This document shows, piece by piece, positions 54,562-63,547 of a stretch of DNA of 64,000 nucleotides (positions within the stretch are counted from its first letter, which is position 1; each line of letters opens with the position of its first letter). The position numbers and the translations under genes are program-made. The DNA lies in the NCBI GenBank assembly GCA_963754945.1, contig CAVWIG010000019.1:21661-85660 (forward strand). Reading direction: 5' to 3'. The notes below the pieces were generated by a model. That model saw only the letters and a program-made list of their open reading frames with translations. It was not told the origin of the DNA and ran no database searches. The DNA comes from Methanotrichaceae archaeon. Lineage in GTDB: Archaea > Halobacteriota > Methanosarcinia > Methanotrichales > Methanotrichaceae.

Positions 54562-55146
54562 TCAGGGAGTGTATCCGACCACGTCCTCAATCCAGTTTGA
54601 GATTATCTTCTTGCCCTGGGGCGTAAGCACCGATTCAGGATGGAACTGCAGACCGTTGGCGGGCAGGGTCTTATGCCTTAAGCCCATAACCACGCCTTCC
54701 GTTGTCTCGGCCGAGATCTCCAGGGGCGGAGCCAGCTTCTCCACAGCCAGGGAGTGGTAACGACCGCCAACGAGAGGATTCTCCAGGCCCCGGAATATCC
54801 CTCGACCATCGTGCTTTATCTGCGACGTCTTGCCGTGCAGCGGCTTTGTGTGAGCTATTGTTCCGCCGTAAGCCAGGTTCATGGCCTGGTGCCCAAGGCA
54901 TACACCCAGGATGGGTGTAGTGCTGAACTGCTTTATGATCTCAAGACAGCTTCCTATGTCTCGTGGGTTGGCCGGATGGCCGGGCCCTGGAGAGATCACT
55001 ATACCGAGGGGTTCCATGATCTTGATCTCCTGGAGGGTTATGCTGTTGGAGTGAACTACAGTCTCGGGATAGAATTGGGAAACGTAGTCCACCAGGTTCC
55101 AGACGAACGAGTCCTGGTTGTCCACAAACAGGATGGGCCGTTTCAT
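54562..55146 (-). CDS. trpG: Anthranilate synthase component II
   Basis: DNQDSF, SPGPG, GVCLGHQ and QFHPES motifs. Confidence 0.95.
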   Translation of the reverse strand: MKRPILFVDNQDSFVWNLVDYVSQFYPETVVHSNSITLQEIKIMEPLGIVISPGPGHPANPRDIGSCLEIIKQFSTTPILGVCLGHQAMNLAYGGTIAHTKPLHGKTSQIKHDGRGIFRGLENPLVGGRYHSLAVEKLAPPLEISAETTEGVVMGLRHKTLPANGLQFHPESVLTPQGKKIISNWIEDVVGYTP

Positions 55147-56609
55147 GCTCCCACCCCCAGGGCTCTCTTCATTGCAGCCATCTTCCTCTCAGTCTCCAGG
55201 TACTCCTTGTATGGATCTGAGTCGGCCACAATGCCTGCTCCGGCCTGGACTGTGGCAACGCCGTCCTGGACCAGGACGGACCGGATTGCTATGGCAAAGT
55301 CGGAGCTGCCGTCTACTGAGAAGTAGCCTATCCCGCCACCATAGATGCCACGGGGCTCAGTCTCCAGGTCGTCTATGATCTCCATGGCCCGCAGCTTTGG
55401 AGCACCTGAGAGGGTTCCAGCAGGGAATACTGCCCTGGCTGCATCGAACATGTCGCACCCTTCCCGAAGGTCTCCGACTACAGTTGTCTCGATGTGCTGG
55501 AGGTGAGAGTATTTCAGGACGGACATGAAGTCCTCGACCTGGACAGTGCCAGACTTGCAGACAGCCCGGACGTCATTCCTTCCCAGGTCAACCAGCATGA
55601 CGTGCTCTGCCCGTTCCTTCTCGTCGCTCAGCATTATTTTGGCATAGGAGTCATCCTCTGCCTTGGTCCTTCCCCGGGGGCAGGTCCCAGCGATGGGGTT
55701 TACTTTGAGCTTACGATCGTAGGTGTTGAAAAGCGTCTCCGGAGAAGCTCCCACGATTGTCAGGTCGCCGAACTCGAAGAGGTAGGTGTAGGGGCTGGGA
55801 TTGATGGACCGCAGCCGCCGGTAAAGGGCCACAGGATCGGAACACTTGATCTTTGTTGACCTGGCAAGGACTACCTGGAAAATGTCCCCGTCTGTGATGT
55901 GCACTTTTGCTCTCTGGACCGCTTTCTGGTAAGTCTCAGGGTCGCCGGCGCTGATGACCTCGCCTTCTAGCTCTCCTGCCTCGGAATCGGCCGGGTCGAT
56001 GCCTCCGATGTTCTCGATGAGGTTGACCTTAGCTCCAGGCAGGATGGGAGCGACGGTGAAGTACACCTTTCTCATTAAATGGTCGAAGATGAAGGTGCTC
56101 TCGGCTATGATGAACTGGGCATCAGGCTGGCTGGAAACTGATTTTCTTCCTAGCCGCTCCTTCACAAGATCGTAGGCCAGATATCCGATGCCTCCGCCGG
56201 TGAAGACCTGTCTGCCGAAGCTGTTAGGCATTCCTGTGCTGCTGGGAATGGCAGCCCTCAGGGCATCGAAGATGTCTTTGCCCTCTTTGATATCGCCGCA
56301 GAGGCTGGACCCCTTCTCCTTCACGTCCACACAACCCGACAACCGCTCCAGCATAGAGCTTCGGCCTCCGTTAAAGAATTCCATGTCGAGGAATCTGTTC
56401 TTGACAGTGACCATGGCTGAGGGCTCTGCTCCGACGAAAGAGAAGCGGGCCTTCTGGCCTGATTTCTCAACTGACTCAAGAAGGTAGGGGTACCTTCTGT
56501 CCCTCAGCGCCAGGTAAAGAGAAAATGGAGCATCCACGCTTACCTTGTCCGAAACATCTACGAATATGGGCGAAGCCGGGCTAACTTCTTGGCTTACGAC
56601 TGCTGACAT
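55143..56609 (-). CDS. trpE: Anthranilate synthase component I
   Basis: LLES, NPSPY, EHVMLVDLGRND and GTLSGAPK motifs. Confidence 0.96.
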   Translation of the reverse strand: MSAVVSQEVSPASPIFVDVSDKVSVDAPFSLYLALRDRRYPYLLESVEKSGQKARFSFVGAEPSAMVTVKNRFLDMEFFNGGRSSMLERLSGCVDVKEKGSSLCGDIKEGKDIFDALRAAIPSSTGMPNSFGRQVFTGGGIGYLAYDLVKERLGRKSVSSQPDAQFIIAESTFIFDHLMRKVYFTVAPILPGAKVNLIENIGGIDPADSEAGELEGEVISAGDPETYQKAVQRAKVHITDGDIFQVVLARSTKIKCSDPVALYRRLRSINPSPYTYLFEFGDLTIVGASPETLFNTYDRKLKVNPIAGTCPRGRTKAEDDSYAKIMLSDEKERAEHVMLVDLGRNDVRAVCKSGTVQVEDFMSVLKYSHLQHIETTVVGDLREGCDMFDAARAVFPAGTLSGAPKLRAMEIIDDLETEPRGIYGGGIGYFSVDGSSDFAIAIRSVLVQDGVATVQAGAGIVADSDPYKEYLETERKMAAMKRALGVGA

Positions 56610-57223
56610 GACCTGACCTCCCTGACGAAGGACCCAACCTTATTCTGGTCCTTTCTTCCTGCAGTCTCAACGCCGCTGGAGACATCCACTGCGTAGGGCT
56701 TTACCGTTCTTATCGCCTCTCCGACGTTTGATGGGTTCAGCCCACCTGCCAGGATGACGGGGATCTGAAGGTCCCTGGCCAGGCCTGCGCTGACCGACCA
56801 ATCGTGGACAGCGCCCGTTCCGCCTAGCATCCCATCCTTGAAGGTGTCAAGGAGGACGGCATCGGCCGCTCCAGCCATGCGGTGAGCCTCAATTCCTGGA
56901 GGCACAGCCGCTATGACCTTTTGAGGCACTAGCTTCTTCAGTTCCTTGATCTCCTCAGGCTCTAGTGTCCCGTGGACCTGGAGGAGATCGGCTCCAGTCT
57001 TCCGGGCCATGAGCACTGCTTCTTCTGGGCTGTCAGGAGCTATTACAGCAACGCTTTTTGTGAAAACTGGAACCTGTCTTATCAGCTCCCTGGCATCCTC
57101 GGCCGATATTCTATGGCGCGATCCTTCAACCTCGACGATGAAACCCACGGCGTCAGCACCTCCTGAGATGGCACAATTGAGATCCATTTCGTTCATTATT
57201 CCACAGACCTTTACCCTGGTCAC
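56594..57223 (-). CDS. trpF: Phosphoribosylanthranilate isomerase
   Basis: GTG start overlapping the trpD stop; RVKVCG, GGTG, LAGGL and VDVSSGVE motifs. Confidence 0.95.
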   Translation of the reverse strand: MTRVKVCGIMNEMDLNCAISGGADAVGFIVEVEGSRHRISAEDARELIRQVPVFTKSVAVIAPDSPEEAVLMARKTGADLLQVHGTLEPEEIKELKKLVPQKVIAAVPPGIEAHRMAGAADAVLLDTFKDGMLGGTGAVHDWSVSAGLARDLQIPVILAGGLNPSNVGEAIRTVKPYAVDVSSGVETAGRKDQNKVGSFVREVRSCQQS

Positions 57224-58245
57224 AGGAACCGCTCCAGCTTCTCGGGCTCTCCGCTCAACTTGACCATTCGTTCCAGAAGGTTCAACGCCTTTCCGGAGTC
57301 CAGTGCTTCCTCGGCCAAACGGGCCCCTTCCTTCAGCGATGCTGCTTTCCCAGAGACGTACAGGGCTGCTCCTGAATTTATGGCTACGATGTCCCTGGCC
57401 GGGGATCTCTGACCCTTCAACACACACACCAGCTTTTCGGCATTCTCGAAGGGCATCCCGCCGGCTATCTCCTCTGGCTTGACCGTTGGACAGCCCAGGT
57501 CCTGTGGATTCAGGCTGTAGCTCTTAACCGAGCCGTCCTTCAGCTCTGATACAGTTGTCTCTCCGGTGTTGGTTATCTCGTCTAGGCCGCTTCCGTGGAC
57601 CACCAGGGCACGCTCGGAGCCAAGGATGTTGAGGACGTTGGCCAGCTTCTCGCAGAGCCTGGGGTCGTAGACTCCCATGACCTGGGCCTTGGCCCCTGCG
57701 GGGTTGGTAAGAGGCCCGAGGATATTGAAGACGGTGCGCATGCCAAGCTCGCGTCTGAGCTGGCCGACACGCTTCATGGCCGGATGAAACAAGGGGGCCA
57801 GCATGAAGCCTATTCCCAGGGTCTCTATGGCTTCCTGGACCTGTTCAGGCTTGGGGGAGATGTTGATGCCCAGCTCGGCGAGCACGTTTGCGCTTCCGCA
57901 CTTGGAGCTGACTGCATAGTTTCCGTGCTTGGCAACTGGCACACCGCAGGAGGCTGTGACGATGGCCGCTGCCGTGCTGACGTTGATGGTGTTGGAGGCA
58001 TCTCCGCCCGTTCCGCAGGTGTCAACCAAGGTACCCTGGACTCTGGGATTGATTCTAACCGCTGAGCTTCTCATCTTCTTTGCCAGGCCAGCTATTTCTG
58101 ATGCCGACTCGCCTTTCATCCGAAGGGCGATGAGCAGCGCCCCGATCTGGGCGTCTGTGAACCCGTTGAAGATCTCGCCCATGAGGGCTTCTGCCTCATC
58201 GACGCTCAGGTCGCGGCCGTCAACGATCTGCTGTAAGTAATTCAT
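57220..58245 (-). CDS. trpD: Anthranilate phosphoribosyltransferase
   Basis: DTCGTGGD, NVST, KHGN and GPLTNP motifs. Confidence 0.96.
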   Translation of the reverse strand: MNYLQQIVDGRDLSVDEAEALMGEIFNGFTDAQIGALLIALRMKGESASEIAGLAKKMRSSAVRINPRVQGTLVDTCGTGGDASNTINVSTAAAIVTASCGVPVAKHGNYAVSSKCGSANVLAELGINISPKPEQVQEAIETLGIGFMLAPLFHPAMKRVGQLRRELGMRTVFNILGPLTNPAGAKAQVMGVYDPRLCEKLANVLNILGSERALVVHGSGLDEITNTGETTVSELKDGSVKSYSLNPQDLGCPTVKPEEIAGGMPFENAEKLVCVLKGQRSPARDIVAINSGAALYVSGKAASLKEGARLAEEALDSGKALNLLERMVKLSGEPEKLERFL

Positions 58246-58261
58246 GTGATCACCAGTCTAA

Positions 58262-58307
58262 TGTATAACTTTGTACTTTATTGGACTAAAGAATACATTA
58301 TATATAA
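58262..58307 (-). promoter_or_regulatory. trp promoter: TATA box plus four TRP-box-like hexamers
   Basis: TGTATA, TGTACT, TGGACT and AATACA at 58262/72/82/92 (10-bp period), next to TTATATATAA. Confidence 0.65.
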
Positions 58308-58440
58308 GATTTACGCATTAAGGAACAGTAAACTGCAATTGTCAAGCTTGTGAAAAAGGAAATTGAAACGGAGTAGCTAGGCAGAGAGTGCCCAGTCTGT
58401 TTCATGCAGAGCAGTCCGCTTGGCGGACGCTCAATTTTCG

Positions 58441-58600
58441 GCTGTTGAATTCATCAGATAATCAACTACCACCAGGCACCTTGAGGAAAAGCCCTCAAGA
58501 GGAGCCCAGTGGCTTGCAGTCCACCCCTTTATGGACCGCATGGGGCTGGCTGACGGCAGCCCAACCTCCACGAGCCTGCTCGCGGAGGTTAAGAGCGGCT
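58441..58600 (-). ncRNA. Putative TnpB omega-RNA (overlaps tnpB 3' end; guide about 58441-58460); 5' boundary uncertain
   Basis: Minus strand has the hairpin GCGGTCCAT/GTGGACTGC, then GCAAGCC-long hairpin-GGTAGTTGAT, resembling IS605-type right ends. Confidence 0.6.
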
Positions 58601-59628
58601 ACATAGTCTGCGTTGTGCTGGAAGCCGCAGTTCACACACCGGAAGAGCGCCTGAGTCCGGCGGTTGTTCTTGTGGATAGTGCCGCACCTGGGGCAGCGCT
58701 GGGATGTGAAGTCCGGGCTCGCGTACACGACGGGAACGCCGGCATCGGCGCACTTGTAGCTGAGCATGGAGAGCAGCCGGGAGATGGCCCAGCCTCTGAA
58801 GGCTGCAGGATGGTCCTTGCACTTGCAGGGCTTTCCAATGTCGCTTGTTTTGGCCTTTGGCAATCCCTCCAGGGCGATGTACTCTCCGTCCTTCAACGAC
58901 TGCACAAACTGCCTGCTGATCTGGTGTAGCGTAGTCCTGGCCCACCGCAACTCTTTCCCGGCCAGCCGTTTGAGCCTCCTCTTGGCTGAGGAGGTGCCTT
59001 TTGTACCGAGAGATTGCAGATGCGATTCGTACTGCTCCATGCGGCCTATGAACGGACCGCCGCCCGCGGAGAAACCATTGGAGCCCACCAGGAGCTTCCT
59101 GATCCCAACGTCCACGCCCACGGGCTCCGCGGCCTCCTTGAGCGGCACGTCGTAGGCCACAAAGATCTTCAAGAATAGCCCAGCCTTGCGAAGGACCAGG
59201 CTAGCGGATTTGACAGGTTTTTGCAGGATCTTGCGCTGGTACTCGCCAAGGACCAGCCTGGACTTGACCCGGCCTTTGATGGTGGCAATGGAAACTGCGA
59301 AGTCCCTGCTTCTGAGCAGTGAGAAAAGCCGATCGTCCAGGGCCATAGAGTTCCTGCTGAAGGTGTGCAGCTTTTCCCTGTGTTGCCGGTAGGACTCAGC
59401 CACCCTATTCCTGGCCTGGATGGCGAGGTTTGCAGGCAGCTTGAAGATGGCCCTGACTTTCTGGTAGACTAACGCATGCAGGGCTATCGGGTCGAAGCAG
59501 CGCTTATTGAAGGCCATCTGGCTGATGTAGTTGCAGGCGCTCTGGAAGGCGTCCACTGTGCCTTTTAGCTTCTCGAAATCCTTCCTGTCCACCAGGACCT
59601 TGCAGACTACGGGGCGAACGACTTGCAG
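58495..59628 (-). CDS. tnpB: RNA-guided endonuclease TnpB (solo, no tnpA); start CTG 59628 or GTG 59592
   Basis: RuvC-I GVDVG, RuvC-II ALEGL, TSQRCPRCG...CVNCG zinc ribbon, RuvC-III NADYVAALN. Confidence 0.92.
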   Translation of the reverse strand: MQVVRPVVCKVLVDRKDFEKLKGTVDAFQSACNYISQMAFNKRCFDPIALHALVYQKVRAIFKLPANLAIQARNRVAESYRQHREKLHTFSRNSMALDDRLFSLLRSRDFAVSIATIKGRVKSRLVLGEYQRKILQKPVKSASLVLRKAGLFLKIFVAYDVPLKEAAEPVGVDVGIRKLLVGSNGFSAGGGPFIGRMEQYESHLQSLGTKGTSSAKRRLKRLAGKELRWARTTLHQISRQFVQSLKDGEYIALEGLPKAKTSDIGKPCKCKDHPAAFRGWAISRLLSMLSYKCADAGVPVVYASPDFTSQRCPRCGTIHKNNRRTQALFRCVNCGFQHNADYVAALNLREQARGGWAAVSQPHAVHKGVDCKPLGSS

Positions 59629-59775
59629 GGAGATCAGACCTTGCCAATTCTGATTATCTTGTGAGGCATGCTCCGTTATAAATCAATCCGATCATTTGGT
59701 AACTTAACAATATCGAAGGGAAGACAGACATAATGTTTTTTAGTCGCATGGATTAAAGGACATAACTTTCTCACT

Positions 59776-60648
59776 TCATTCGTTTGGATTCACTTTTTTA
59801 TCGGTAAAATTATATTTTCCTAATTTTAATAAAGCTATTATCAACAGATCTTCATGATAGTAAAACTATATTGATTATAAATTAATAAAGCATGAGCGAT
59901 ATCATGCCTTAAATTATAACCCGTTTTCTCCACTAACAAGAATTTATAGAATAACAGGTCATTATCGTCAAAGATTTCTTTTATCCTTGGATCGTGTAAA
60001 GGGCTGTTATATCTTTCTCTCATAAATGTTAATCCTTCCTCGGATCTGGTGAAAATGTTGAAATGCCATTAATATTAAACAAATCTCGTATTAAACCTTC
60101 AAGTTTTAACGTTAGTGAATCAATTGATAAAACCAAATTAAGAGCGGTACCATTGACTGGTGGTGAATCAATTATGGGTTGGAATTTAGATCTTCCAAAG
60201 GTCGTATGACTTCATTCATGTCAATTGTCTCTAGGTAATCCCAAAAATGGAATTCATCATAATAGCAAGCAAGAGGCAACTACCAAAACGCCAACCAATT
60301 ATTGCATCACGACCCATTGACTAAATAGAAATTAATTTGGTTAAAGTATTCATTCAAAGCCGGTGCTAACAGGCTCAACCATGTGCAATTTATTTTATCA
60401 CCACTTGGATATTCCCTTAGTTTTGTTTGACCAAACCAAAAATGTTCTTCGAAAAGAAAGTTATTAGGGAATCTAAAGAAGATTTTTTTTTCCTCGATAG
60501 CTCTTATCAAAATAGTATTAATTAAAGGGATTTTTTGAGTTTCTAAAATCAAGCTAAAACTTTTTAGTATACTATGATATATTTTTTTCATCATCTGTCG
60601 CAAAACGCTCTGCAATATGAACATTATGATCAAGTTGAGCCATTGGAA
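59776..60648 (-). pseudogene. DUF4209-like (HEPN-type) protein remnant
   Basis: After removing the MITE: IDSLTLKLEGLIRD...LLVEKTGYNLRHDIAHALL...IALLKLGKY; multiple frameshifts; 5' part cut by IS66. Confidence 0.7.
60159..60314. mobile_element. MITE (156 bp), IS1-family ends
   Basis: Ends GGTGGTGAATCAAT / ATTGCATCACGACC; 8-bp TSD CATTGACT; matches the IS1 end at 62954. Confidence 0.85.
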
Positions 60649-62157
60649 GAACATGCTCAATGCGTTGAATGAGCAGGAGTCAGTACCTCAGCCAGCCTTT
60701 TCATGGAAAACGAATTTGAATAAATATCTAGCATATATTGAAAGAAGTTAACATCAAGTTTTCTGCAAGTATCCTTGATCGATAAGGCGTTTTCCCAGGC
60801 AGACTTTCCTAACTCAGATCTTGTTCCGTAGCTAATCTTTCGTTTGATGACTGGTTCGCGAGCTGCAATTTCGGACTCATTGTTGTGAAGAGGGATATAG
60901 GGATGATCCAGAAATTGCAGCAATCGATCTCGATTTTTCCAGGTAACTGCCAATCGTTGCTCAAGTTCGCTATAGCCATAAGACCTGAAAATTAGTCCCT
61001 CAAATTTAGATCTAACTTCCGCCTTGATATCATCATTGGGATTATTTTTATAAAGTTGCATGAACCTGTAAAACTCATAAAGTTCCGCCAGGAATGCTTC
61101 AAGTATCCGCTTGTGGTATCCAAGGTATGGATTCAGCTTGATATAATGGCGGATTTCATGAATCCAACAAAGGCAATTTATTTCCGACAAATCATAATAT
61201 TGTTTCGCATCATCAGTTATCAGAGGTATCTCAAGACGGTCCTCTTTCCCAAGGCCGAAAATCTCTTTCAAGGTATCTCTTTTCTTATCAGGTTTGATAA
61301 AATAGCACGTGAAACTGGGATCGCATATCACATGCATGTATTGATTCCTTCCTTGGTGTCTTGCACCAGTTTCATCGGTCTGGACAAATGATGCGTGATT
61401 CATTCCCGCTTCAAATATCGCTTGTTTCTCTGATGTAAGTTCTTTATGCTTAACCTTGGTAATGATATTAGATATTTGACCTTCAGATATCGATATACCT
61501 ATATCTTTGCATAGCTGCCATATCTTGTTCTCAGTCACCCGACATGAGAAATATAAGACAGCAATGAATGCTTTGAGGTTGGCACCAAACTGTGAGCCTC
61601 TGACGATATTTGGAAGCTTTGCATCGTAATATTTATTTAAAGACGGGGAATAATATCTCTCCAACAGATACTCAACGTTATCCGTTTTCAGCATGACGTC
61701 TTGGATTACTACCTTCCTGTAGCATGCAAAATGTGCGTCTGGTGGCAGGGGGCGGTCCACTGAAACCGTAACTTGCCGGTCTACCTTTATCTTATCTTTC
61801 TTGGAACCCTTTGACCATCTTTGGGATTTTAGCTTTGATGAGAGTGATTCTCTAGCCGGGACGCTTGGCCGAATCTTGGGCTTTCCTTTTTCACCCTTTA
61901 AATTCGCTATCTTGTCCCTGAGTTGCTGATTCTCTTCTCTAAGCTTGGCATTTTCCTGAACAAGATGTTCGATGGTGTTTAGCAGCGCGATGATTAGCTC
62001 TTTGACCGATTCCTTGTCGTCGAAATTAATTTTATCTGGATCGATGTTGATTATGCTTTCTTTAATAATGCTAGCCATCATCTAATATACTGAAAGATTA
62101 ACTAAATATATTTTATGGTCTATTTCCGATATGAGATTCAATGGATTGAGCATGTTC
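60649..62157 (-). mobile_element. IS66-family single-ORF element
   Basis: TIR GAACATGCTCAAT(G/C)C(G/A)TTGAAT at both ends; no TSD. Confidence 0.82.
60657..62081 (-). CDS. IS66-family transposase
   Basis: Leucine-zipper N-terminus; ISEGQI, DETG, LCWIHEIR and HNNESEIAAR motifs. Confidence 0.88.
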   Translation of the reverse strand: MMASIIKESIINIDPDKINFDDKESVKELIIALLNTIEHLVQENAKLREENQQLRDKIANLKGEKGKPKIRPSVPARESLSSKLKSQRWSKGSKKDKIKVDRQVTVSVDRPLPPDAHFACYRKVVIQDVMLKTDNVEYLLERYYSPSLNKYYDAKLPNIVRGSQFGANLKAFIAVLYFSCRVTENKIWQLCKDIGISISEGQISNIITKVKHKELTSEKQAIFEAGMNHASFVQTDETGARHQGRNQYMHVICDPSFTCYFIKPDKKRDTLKEIFGLGKEDRLEIPLITDDAKQYYDLSEINCLCWIHEIRHYIKLNPYLGYHKRILEAFLAELYEFYRFMQLYKNNPNDDIKAEVRSKFEGLIFRSYGYSELEQRLAVTWKNRDRLLQFLDHPYIPLHNNESEIAAREPVIKRKISYGTRSELGKSAWENALSIKDTCRKLDVNFFQYMLDIYSNSFSMKRLAEVLTPAHSTH

Positions 62158-62954
62158 GTTCGTCTACTATTAATTTAGGACTTCGAGGTCGTCCTCGTTT
62201 GCCAGTTGGTGCAAACAGTTGTAACTTTCCATATTGCTTTCGGAGAGCTATTGTATATAATTTTAATCCATCAGTTACAAATAATGGTATTGATCTCAGC
62301 ATTTTCGCGGTATTTGTATCTTAGCCCTGTTGGTATTTGCAACGAGCTTATCTGCGATTTTCTGAGACCGCTCACCAACTACATGGGAAAGCACCAGACG
62401 ACATTCAGTAGCCATGCTTATCCAGATCCAATTCCCAGAGTCTTCGAATTCATCTTTTCTGGGCAACGTTTTTTTTCCACAAAAGTCCAGAGTTCGTCCA
62501 TCTCTACTTTTGGTGTCTCGATGTCTTTCAAAATAACCTCATTTACCCGTTCACAATGCTCTCCAGCTCTTGAGATCCAGGTGCTTACAGTAGACGGCTG
62601 TACCTCAAGAGTTTCTGCGATACCTAAAATGCTCATTCCGCGCATAGACATTTTTAAAGCCAGCTTGACTTTATCTTCATCTGTCCGTAGGTCATATAAT
62701 GGCGTGTTAGTTCTATCGCAGAACTTAGTTGTGCATGAATGGCAGACGAATTTTCTACCCTTGCCGGAACTTCTCTCATAGGTTCCGTAAACAGTAACGT
62801 TTCCTTTTCCAGCAATTCCAAATAGTGCACACTTTTCATTTGGACATGCTACATCCAAAAATCGAGGTTTTGGACCTCTTAATCCCATTTGCTACACCCC
62901 ATATAGCATAGTAGACAGGAGCTATTTATAACAGCCTATAATTGATTCACGACC
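62158..62954 (-). mobile_element. IS1-family element, 3'-truncated
   Basis: End GGTCGTGAATCAATTAT; ORF 62888-62418 has Zn finger, HTH and EMDELWTFV; -1 frame continues WIWISM...LFVTDG. Confidence 0.82.
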
Positions 62955-63547
62955 CAAAATAGGAACAAAATAATTTTTGCATTACCTACTCAGATCACTT
63001 CTAATGCCATGTATGAACGCATGAGCGATATATTTGGAGAAAAAAACGTTGGATTATACCACGGTATGAGTAGATACTATCACTACGAAAAAAATGATAT
63101 CAAAGAAGAAGATATCAGAGACACCGTTTTTGAAGAAAAAGTATTCGAAAAAACCATAACAATAACTACAATTGATCATTTTAATTTATACTTTGGTGCA
63201 CGGATATAAACAGGCTGACTTTGCCCTAGGCAACATCTTAAATTCAGTAGTAATATTAGATGAAATCCATTACTATGAAACGCATAGATCGGATACATAT
63301 TAGATGCCCTAAAGATATTTAAGGATCTAAATATTCCATATATTGCAACGAGTGGCACGCTGCCGAATTTTATAGTTGAAGAGCTAAATAAAATACAAGA
63401 GCATGCATTGATTGAAGACAATGAAGGACTGGCGTTCGAACCCTTCATCATTAAACGAGAGCCTATACCTCTATACGAGGCTGTAGATGATATTGAAAAG
63501 AATTACCTGGAGGGTAAAAATCAAATTCTTATATTGAATACCATAAC
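62955..63547 (+). pseudogene. cas3: CRISPR-associated helicase Cas3 fragment
   Basis: IIFALPTQITSNAMYER...VGLYHG...ITTIDH / ILDEIHYYE / TSGTLP / ILNT across frameshifts; bounded by IS1 and IS630. Confidence 0.82.

Noticed and set aside
57224-57427. N-terminal extension of TrpF in the ORF track
   Set aside because: Overlaps trpD; GTG 57223 gives the canonical start.
58352-58370. ATTGAAAC resembling a CRISPR repeat end
   Set aside because: Single occurrence; no repeat-spacer periodicity seen in the window.
58410-58457. Possible C/D box sRNA (TGATGA) downstream of tnpB
   Set aside because: No convincing CUGA D or D' boxes at the expected spacing.
58495-59628. Nuclease-dead TldR or Cas12f assignment
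   Set aside because: All three RuvC acidic residues are present, and no adjacent CRISPR array is visible.
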